DNA from: an uncultured Actinomyces sp.
Lineage (GTDB): Bacteria; Actinomycetota; Actinomycetes; S36-B12
Reading direction: 5' to 3'
Assembly (NCBI GenBank): GCA_964351035.1
Contig: CAYGMM010000001.1
Span: 1,604-52,862, forward strand
DNA length: 51,259 bases
The notes under the pieces are model-generated. The model saw nothing but the letters and a program-made list of their open reading frames with translations, had not been told where the DNA came from and searched no databases. A program made the position numbers and the translations under genes. Positions 29,790 through 36,576 of the stretch are shown in pieces. Position 1 is the first letter of the stretch. Each line of letters begins with the position of its first letter.

Positions 29790-30635
29790 ATGCTGCGCGT
29801 CGCCCTACCCAACAAGGGGCAACTCGCTGAACCAGCACGCGAGATGCTGCGCGAGGCCGGCTACCTGCGACACATGCCGCCCCGCGATCTGGTGATCGCC
29901 GACCCCGACAACGACGTCGAGTTCTTCCTGTTGCGTCCGAAGGATGTGGCGACCTACGTCGGAGCGGGCACCCTCGACGTCGGCATCACCGGACGCGACA
30001 TGCTGCTCGACTCCGGTGCGGACGCCACCGAGCTCGTCGAACTCGGCTTCGGCGACTCGACATTCCGGCTCGCCGCCCCGGCGGGTGCCAACATGACCGT
30101 TCACGACCTGGCCGGTGCCCGCATCGCGACGTCCTATCCGGGTGTGCTGTCTGCCTATCTGGAGCGCGCCGGGATCGAGGCGCAGATCGTGCGCCTCGAC
30201 GGTGCGGTCGAGAACGCCGTGCGCCTCGGCGTGGCTGATGCGGTCGCCGACGTCGTGGCGACCGGCACCACGTTGCGCCAGGCCGGACTGCAGATCATCG
30301 GTGAGCCGATCCTGGTGAGCGAGGCGATCGTCGTCCAGCGATCAGGTGCGGCAGCGAGTGCCGCGGTGGACACCTTCGTCCGTCGCCTCACGAGCGTTCT
30401 GGTGGCTCGGGCCTACGTCCTGCTCGACTACGACATTCGCACCAGCGAGGTCGAGGCGGCCTGTCGCATCACCCCCGGCTTCGAGTCGCCGACCATCTCG
30501 TCGCTGCACGACCCGGAGTGGAGTGCCGTGCGGGCGATGGTGCGCCGCACCGATGTCCACCGGATCATGGACGAGCTCTACGAGCGCGGGGCGCGCGGCA
30601 TTCTCGTCACCGCGATTCACGCCTGTCGCCTATGA
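29790..30635 (+). CDS. hisG: ATP phosphoribosyltransferase (long form)
   Basis: MLRVALPNKG, DVGITGRD, DVVATGTTLRQAGL, with a C-terminal regulatory domain. Confidence 0.92.
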   Translation: MLRVALPNKGQLAEPAREMLREAGYLRHMPPRDLVIADPDNDVEFFLLRPKDVATYVGAGTLDVGITGRDMLLDSGADATELVELGFGDSTFRLAAPAGANMTVHDLAGARIATSYPGVLSAYLERAGIEAQIVRLDGAVENAVRLGVADAVADVVATGTTLRQAGLQIIGEPILVSEAIVVQRSGAAASAAVDTFVRRLTSVLVARAYVLLDYDIRTSEVEAACRITPGFESPTISSLHDPEWSAVRAMVRRTDVHRIMDELYERGARGILVTAIHACRL

Positions 30636-31093
30636 CATCGGTCGAGGGCCGCGGCCGTCGTATCGAGACGCCAACCTCATTCCACGGCGACGATGGGGGA
30701 GCCGACCCGCGGTGGGCCATTGCCCTTGCTGACGGGGATGCCGAGGCCGTCGAGGGGATCCTGCGTGCGGGAGTACGCCTTCTGGTGCCGATCGTCGCCG
30801 TTCTCGATGAGCAGGACGATGACGGGGGTGACAAGTCCAGTCACATGGCCTCGGTCTCGATCGTGCAGTCCGACGGGCGTCGTGGACTGCTCGCCTTCAC
30901 CGGGCTCGGGACGCTGCAGCGCTGGAATCCCGAGGCTCGGCCGGTGCCCGCATGGGCCGCGGATGTCGCCGCGGCGGCCTGCGCCGAAGGCGCCGACGGC
31001 GTACTCGTCGATGTCGCCGGTCCGGTGGCCTTCGCCATTGACGGAGACCTGCTGACCGAGCTCGCGGAGGCGGCTAGACCACCGGCCCGGTGA
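30632..31093 (+). CDS. SseB-like family protein (tentative)
   Basis: ATGA overlap with hisG. The LLVP...LLAFTGLGTLQRWNPEARP pattern resembles SseB-family proteins that neighbour infC in Streptomyces, as I recall. Confidence 0.55.
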   Translation: MTSVEGRGRRIETPTSFHGDDGGADPRWAIALADGDAEAVEGILRAGVRLLVPIVAVLDEQDDDGGDKSSHMASVSIVQSDGRRGLLAFTGLGTLQRWNPEARPVPAWAADVAAAACAEGADGVLVDVAGPVAFAIDGDLLTELAEAARPPAR

Positions 31094-31421
31094 GCGCCTC
31101 GCCCGGGCCCGAACCCGGGGCGTCCGGGATGGCGGAGGCCTCGCGGAACGCGCGCTGCAGGGCCGTGAGCCCATCGCGAAGCGGTGCCGCGTGCGCCGGG
31201 CCGAGATCGGGGGCCGACGCGGTCACGAGGCCGGCCAGCGCGGTGATGAGGATGCGCGCCTCGGCGAGATCCATCTCCTCGGTCGCCTGCGGGCCGTCGC
31301 CGAGTCCGCAGCGCAGGGCGGCGGCCGACATCAGATGAACGGCGAGGGTGGTGACCACCTCGACCGCGGGTACGTCGGCGAGTTCCCGGGCAGCGGTGGC
31401 GGAGTCGTCGGGGCTGGACAT
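31074..31421 (-). CDS. DUF1844-like small acidic protein (tentative)
   Basis: 115 aa starting at MSSPDDSATA, divergent from infC. Its 3' end overlaps the convergent SseB-like gene by 20 nt. The ORF-track extension to 31982 runs antisense into infC. Confidence 0.6.
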   Translation of the reverse strand: MSSPDDSATAARELADVPAVEVVTTLAVHLMSAAALRCGLGDGPQATEEMDLAEARILITALAGLVTASAPDLGPAHAAPLRDGLTALQRAFREASAIPDAPGSGPGEALTGPVV

Positions 31422-31667
31422 GGCGGCAGCCTGCCACGAGTGGATTCGGCTCTGCCGCATGACCCTGGTAGCCTGTGGCCCGATCGCTTGCCGACGTTGG
31501 TCGGCATCGCGCCAAGCGGACCCCGAGTCCCACCCTCCGCCTCCGGGCGTCGGGTTGCGCCAGCGGCCCTCGTGGGTCGCCATCGCCTCGGAGCCTGCCC
31601 GCGTGGAGGGCCCGCCCTCACGATCACACCGGCGAAAGCCGCCGGTGATTGACGTCGAGGAGGCGCC

Positions 31668-32240
31668 ATCAGCGTCGAGCCCAGGATCAACGACAGGATC
31701 CGTGTCCCCGAGGTGCGCCTCGTCGGACCTCAGGGCGAGCAGGTCGGCATCGTGCGCATCGATGACGCCCTCCGTCTCGCCCAGGAGGCCGATCTCGATC
31801 TCGTCGAGGTCGCACCCATGGCCAAGCCCCCGGTCTGCAAGCTCATGGACTACGGCAAGTACAAGTACGAAGCCGCCGTCAAGCTCCGTGAGTCCCGCAA
31901 GAACCAGGCGCACACGGTCATCAAGGAGATGAAGCTTCGCCCCAAGATCGACCAGCACGACTACGACACCAAGAAGGGTCACGTCGTCCGATTCTTGAAG
32001 GCGGGGGACAAGGTCAAGATCACGATCATGTTCCGCGGCCGCGAGCAGTCCCGACCCGAACTCGGTCTGCGCCTACTCGCCAAGCTTGCAGAGGATGTCG
32101 AGGATCTCGGATTCGTCGAGGCCGCTCCGAAGCAGGACGGTCGCAACATGATCATGGTGCTCGCACCGCACCGGACGAAGTCCAGCTCGGGCAAGGCTGC
32201 TGCCGCGCCCGAGGACGAGTCCATCGCCGCCGAGGCCTGA
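31668..32240 (+). CDS. infC: translation initiation factor IF-3, ATC start
   Basis: The frame opens after TGA 31650-31652. (I)[28 protein letters not shown] is the conserved IF-3 N-terminus. ATC 31668 sits 4 nt after a gaggagg SD. There is no ATG/GTG/TTG upstream of the conserved N-terminus. Confidence 0.87.
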   Translation: MSVEPRINDRIRVPEVRLVGPQGEQVGIVRIDDALRLAQEADLDLVEVAPMAKPPVCKLMDYGKYKYEAAVKLRESRKNQAHTVIKEMKLRPKIDQHDYDTKKGHVVRFLKAGDKVKITIMFRGREQSRPELGLRLLAKLAEDVEDLGFVEAAPKQDGRNMIMVLAPHRTKSSSGKAAAAPEDESIAAEA

Positions 32241-32266
32241 GCACAGCCCGATCGAAAGGATCAGCA

Positions 32267-32461
32267 ATGCCTAAGCAAAAGACCCACAGCGGGGCCAAGA
32301 AGCGATTCAAGGTCACCGGATCGGGCAAGATCACCCACGAGCAGGCCAACCGCCGCCATCTGCTGGAGGGCAAGCGCTCCAAGCGGACCCGCAAGCTCGC
32401 GCTCGATGAGACCGTCAAGCCCGCCGACGTCAAGAAGGTCAAGCGCCTTCTCGGCAAGTGA
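32267..32461 (+). CDS. rpmI: 50S ribosomal protein L35
   Basis: [21 protein letters not shown]. Confidence 0.96.
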   Translation: MPKQKTHSGAKKRFKVTGSGKITHEQANRRHLLEGKRSKRTRKLALDETVKPADVKKVKRLLGK

Positions 32462-32489
32462 CCTGCCCCACTGAAGAAGGAGAACCCAC

Positions 32490-32861
32490 ATGGCACGCGT
32501 GAAGAGGGCCGTCAACGCCCAGAAGAAGCGCCGTGAGGTCTTGGAGCAGGCCAGCGGATACCGCGGTCAGCGCTCCCGGCTCTACCGCAAGGCGAAGGAG
32601 CAGGTCACCCACTCGCTCGTCTACGCCTACAACGATCGCAAGGACCGCAAGGGCGACTTCCGTCGTCTGTGGATCCAGCGCATCAACGCCGCCGCTCGGT
32701 CGCGCGGCATGACGTACAACCGCTTCATCCAGGGCCTGAAGGCCGCGGATGTCCAGGTGGACCGCCGTATGCTCGCCGAGCTCGCGGTGAGCGATCCCAC
32801 GGCTTTCGATGCGCTCGTGGACATCGCTCGGGGCGCACTTCCGGCGACCGCCTCCGCCTGA
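32490..32861 (+). CDS. rplT: 50S ribosomal protein L20
   Basis: [18 protein letters not shown]...[11 protein letters not shown]. Confidence 0.96.
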   Translation: MARVKRAVNAQKKRREVLEQASGYRGQRSRLYRKAKEQVTHSLVYAYNDRKDRKGDFRRLWIQRINAAARSRGMTYNRFIQGLKAADVQVDRRMLAELAVSDPTAFDALVDIARGALPATASA

Positions 32862-32863
32862 CC

Positions 32864-33694
32864 ATGGCCGACCTCACATCGACGAGGTCGCCTCGGGTGG
32901 CGGAGATCCGCCGACTGCACGACCGAAGGCACCGCGCGCAGCGCGGTGCCTTCGTCGTCGAAGGACCCCAGGCGGTCGAGGCGGCGCTGCACTCGGCGGT
33001 GAGCGAGCTCTACGTCACGCGCGAGGCCGCCGATCGCTACGCGACGCTGGTGGAGCGGGCGCGTGCGCAGGGTGCGCAGGTCCATACCGCCAGCGAGGAC
33101 GTCCTCGCGGCGATGGCCGAAACCCGACAGCCGCAGGGACTGATTGCCGTGTGCCCGCTGGTGACGGTCGGGCTCGAGGCCGCACTTGCCGCTGCGACGA
33201 AGCGCCCCCTGCGATGTGTGGTGCTTTTGGACCGGGCCAATGACCCCGGCAACGCCGGCACGGTGATTCGTACCGCTGATGCACTGGGCGTGGGTGCGGT
33301 GATCTTCACCGAGGGGTCGGTGGATCCGCACAATGGCAAGGTGGTGCGCTCGACGGCGGGTTCGCTGTTCCACATTCCCATCGCGGCCGATATTGCTGTG
33401 TCAGACGCGATCGGTGCGCTCGTTGCCGCCGGGTACGTGCTTGTCGCCGCCGATGCGCAGGGGAGTGTGCACCTCGGCACGATGGGGGCCGAGGCGGTGC
33501 TCTGTGGCCCGGTGGCGTGGGTCATCGGCAACGAGGCGCACGGCGTCCATGAGGATCTGCGCGCGGCCGCCCACGAGACGGTGTCGATTCCCATGTCGGG
33601 CGGCGCCGAGAGCCTCAACATGGCCGCGGCCGCGGCCATCTGCCTCTACGCCACCCGCATCGCCCAACACCCCAACGCCGTTTCTCCCGCTTAG
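32864..33694 (+). CDS. TrmH/SpoU-family RNA 2'-O-methyltransferase (TsnR-like)
   Basis: DPGNAGTVIRTADALG, VIGNEAHGV, IPMSGGAESLNMAAAAAICLY. ATG 32864 lies 2 nt after the rplT stop. Confidence 0.85.
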   Translation: MADLTSTRSPRVAEIRRLHDRRHRAQRGAFVVEGPQAVEAALHSAVSELYVTREAADRYATLVERARAQGAQVHTASEDVLAAMAETRQPQGLIAVCPLVTVGLEAALAAATKRPLRCVVLLDRANDPGNAGTVIRTADALGVGAVIFTEGSVDPHNGKVVRSTAGSLFHIPIAADIAVSDAIGALVAAGYVLVAADAQGSVHLGTMGAEAVLCGPVAWVIGNEAHGVHEDLRAAAHETVSIPMSGGAESLNMAAAAAICLYATRIAQHPNAVSPA

Positions 33695-33748
33695 CGGGAC
33701 AGATGGTCGATGGCAGCCCGCCAGCGGCCCGTATCGACCATTTCTCCC
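33680..33748. repeat. palindromic intergenic element R4, overlapping the last codons and stop of the trmH-like gene
   Basis: gtttctcccgcttagcgggacagatggtcga ... tcgaccatttctccc. The left part is nearly identical to the centre of R3 (cgtttctcccgctaagcgggacaaatggtcga). Confidence 0.7.
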
Positions 33749-33882
33749 ACCACGGGAGCCCGCCAAGAAGGGGCAGGGACGAAAGTCCCCACGACACGGG
33801 TCGTTCGGCGACCGGTCACGCGGTAACGGTGCGCGCACACTCGAAGCATTCGGGCTAACCGAGCCCCGAGGGAGGCACGCGC

Positions 33883-34647
33883 ATGTCCTACTACCGAATG
33901 CCGATTTTGGAGGAGAAGGGCTATGTCGTCCTCTCCCGCGACAACCGGGTCATCGAACCCCGCGAGTGGACCGATCTGGAGTGGGTCGATTGGAAGTCCT
34001 CCGGGGACACACGCTTTGCTCCGCTGGCATCGGCGTACGGCGACATCGAGTGCAACGCCTTCTGGCACTTCGACCCACCGAAGCCGGACAAGGACGGGGT
34101 GTGGATTGACTCCCAGGTAGAGATCGCGCCCACCCTGGCCGAGATCGCCCGCGAGCCAGAGGCCAACGTCGGCCGCGTGCGCATCATCGAGTTGCAGCCC
34201 AACTCCTACGCCGATGCGCTCTATAACTCCCACCTCGACGACAACAACCGCATCAACCCGGACGGCGAGGGCTGGATCGTCCGTGGCTTCCGCAACCTGA
34301 GCGATGACGGTGAGTCCTTCATGGTGCTGCGCGAGGACATCGATGACCCCAGCACCGAGACGCGCATCGCGCTCCCGGCCGGCGCAAGGATCATCGTTGA
34401 CTCCGAGCGCATGTGGCACTCGGTGTGGCACAACGGCGACGAGCCGCGCTACTGCCTGATCACATCCTTCGAGTCTGGCCCCGCGCTGGAGAAGTGGATC
34501 TTCGAGAACGACCCCACCCTTGATGTGGAGATGGCCGACCTCGACGAGGACTTCGCGCGCGAGCAGGAGGAGCAGGCCCAGGAGCGCCGGGCCAAGCGCA
34601 CCGCCCACTACGGGTACGACCCGACCTCGGTCCGATCCGAGGCCTAG
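33883..34647 (+). CDS. uncharacterised protein, paralog A (HxD...H...R cupin / 2OG-Fe(II)-oxygenase-like pattern, tentative)
   Basis: ATG with a gagggagg SD 7 nt upstream. Paralogous to 34783..35544 along the whole length. Conserved SHLDDNNR, ALPAGARIIVDSERMWHSVWHNGDEPRYCLITS. Charged C-terminal tail ending SEA. Confidence 0.85.
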   Translation: MSYYRMPILEEKGYVVLSRDNRVIEPREWTDLEWVDWKSSGDTRFAPLASAYGDIECNAFWHFDPPKPDKDGVWIDSQVEIAPTLAEIAREPEANVGRVRIIELQPNSYADALYNSHLDDNNRINPDGEGWIVRGFRNLSDDGESFMVLREDIDDPSTETRIALPAGARIIVDSERMWHSVWHNGDEPRYCLITSFESGPALEKWIFENDPTLDVEMADLDEDFAREQEEQAQERRAKRTAHYGYDPTSVRSEA

Positions 34648-34782
34648 GCACCGGCAACCACCAGGGTGCGGAAGTCCACGTGAATCGCCCGCGTCGGCGC
34701 GTCCGGAATAGGTCCCGGGGCGTCGATGGGGGACAATGTCAGCGGCCCACGGGGGCACAGAACGCTGAAGGGACCGTCGTCG

Positions 34783-35544
34783 ATGGACTACATCAAGCTC
34801 GCTGAACTGGACGAGACCGGCTACGTCGTTCTCGAAAACTACGACCAGGCGGCCGATCCGGCCGAGTGGGAGGAGATCGAGTTCGTCGATTGGAAGTCCT
34901 CCGGCGAGACGCGCTTCGCCCCGCTGGCCTCGGCATACGGCGAACTCGAGTGCAACGGCTTCTGGCACCACAACCCGCCCAAGACCGACAAGGACGGTGT
35001 CTGGGTCGAATCCAACATCGCCAAGGCGCCCGTGCTCAAGGCCCGCGCTGAGGAGCCGGGAGCCAATATTGGCCGCTGCCGTGTGATCGAACTCCAGCCC
35101 AACACCTACGTCGATTCGATCTGGAACCTCCACCTCGACGACAACAACCGCCTCAACCCTGAGGGCACCGGGTGGATCGTCCGCGGGTTCTTCAACCTGA
35201 CCGACAACCCCGACTCGTACATGATCCTGCGCGAGGACAAGGACGACCCCAGCACCGAGACACGCATCCCGCTGCCTGCCGGTGCCCAGGTGATCATCGA
35301 CACCCAGCGCCTCTGGCACGCGGTGTGGCACAACGGCGACGAGCCGCGCTACTGCCTGATCACCTCCTGGGAGTCGGGCCCCGAGCTCGAGGCCTACATC
35401 CAGAGCAAGAATCCGGTCTCCAAGGTCGAGAACGCCCCCCTGGACGAGGCGGTCATCGCCGAGGCCCAGACGGAGGTCGCCCGGCGACGCGCTGCCCGCG
35501 AGGCGCAGTCCGGAGCCATGACCGATGTCATGAGCGAGGCCTGA
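34783..35544 (+). CDS. uncharacterised protein, paralog B (same family as 33883..34647)
   Basis: ATG 34783 with a gaaggga SD 9 nt upstream aligns with the paralog A start. LHLDDNNR, PLPAGAQVIIDTQRLWHAVWHNGDEPRYCLITS. The tail also ends SEA. Confidence 0.85.
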   Translation: MDYIKLAELDETGYVVLENYDQAADPAEWEEIEFVDWKSSGETRFAPLASAYGELECNGFWHHNPPKTDKDGVWVESNIAKAPVLKARAEEPGANIGRCRVIELQPNTYVDSIWNLHLDDNNRLNPEGTGWIVRGFFNLTDNPDSYMILREDKDDPSTETRIPLPAGAQVIIDTQRLWHAVWHNGDEPRYCLITSWESGPELEAYIQSKNPVSKVENAPLDEAVIAEAQTEVARRRAAREAQSGAMTDVMSEA

Positions 35545-35640
35545 GGCGACTTCGCCGAGGCCGCCCCGCGCCGGTAGCGTGGGGTAGTACACCGTCGCGA
35601 CCGGGCGATCTTGCCTGGTGCGCGCCCGACGATAGGGAAG

Positions 35641-36576
35641 ATGCCTGTGTCGACGCCTGCTTCCGTGAGTGTCTCCGAGGACGACGTCCTCGATGCGCTC
35701 GAGGCCGAGGCCATCCACGTGTACCGCGAGGTCGCTGGAGCGTTCCGCCGCCCGGTCCTGCTGTACTCGATCGGCAAGGACTCCTCGGTCCTGCTGCACC
35801 TCGCCCGCAAGGCCTTCCACCCTGCCCCGATTCCGTTCAAGGTGATGCACATCGACACCACCTGGAAGTTCCGGGAGATGATCGAGTTCCGCGACCGTAT
35901 GGCGGAGGAACTCAGCCTCGATCTCAAGGTGCAGACCAACCTGAAGGCGGTCGCCGAGGGCGTCACCCCATTCTCCCATGGCACGCATGAGTACACCCGC
36001 ATCATGAAGACCGTGGCCCTGCGCGAAGGTCTCGATGAGTTACAGGCGGACTGCGCGATCGGTGGTGCCCGTCGTGATGAGGAGAAGTCGCGCGCCAAGG
36101 AGCGCATCTTCTCCCTGCGCGAGCCCGGCCACCGCTGGGATCCGCGCAAGCAGCGCCCCGAGTTCTGGCGTACGGCGAACACCATGCTGGCCGAAGGGCA
36201 GACGATGCGCGCCTTCCCGATCAGCAACTGGACCGAGTTCGACGTGTGGCGCTACATCCGACGCGAGAACATCCCGATCGTCGACCTGTATTTCGCGCGC
36301 GAACGGCCCGTGGTCGAGCGCGAGGGTGCCTTGATCATGGTCGATGACGAGCGACTGCCGCTGCGCGAGGGCGAAACTCCGCAGCACCTGAGCGTGCGCT
36401 TCCGCACGCTGGGCTGCTACCCGCTGTCCGGTGCGGTGGAGTCCACCGCGGCCGTCGATATCGACACTCTCATCGCCGAGATGCTGGAGTCCAACGTCTC
36501 CGAGCGCGCCGGGCGCCTCATCGACGGCGAAGGCAGCGGCTCCATGGAGTCCAAGAAGGCGGAGGGCTACTTCTAA
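35641..36576 (+). CDS. cysD: sulfate adenylyltransferase subunit 2
   Basis: PAPS-reductase-like fold [43 protein letters not shown]. Alternative TTG start at 35611. Confidence 0.9.
   Translation: MPVSTPASVSVSEDDVLDALEAEAIHVYREVAGAFRRPVLLYSIGKDSSVLLHLARKAFHPAPIPFKVMHIDTTWKFREMIEFRDRMAEELSLDLKVQTNLKAVAEGVTPFSHGTHEYTRIMKTVALREGLDELQADCAIGGARRDEEKSRAKERIFSLREPGHRWDPRKQRPEFWRTANTMLAEGQTMRAFPISNWTEFDVWRYIRRENIPIVDLYFARERPVVEREGALIMVDDERLPLREGETPQHLSVRFRTLGCYPLSGAVESTAAVDIDTLIAEMLESNVSERAGRLIDGEGSGSMESKKAEGYF

Noticed and set aside
33691-35988. 765-aa minus-strand ORF covering both paralog genes and the cysD 5' end
   Set aside because: This is a typical high-GC antisense shadow ORF. Its composition is dominated by G, R, V, D, L and A with no motifs. 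The + strand carries SD-preceded genes whose paralogy gives independent evidence that they are coding.
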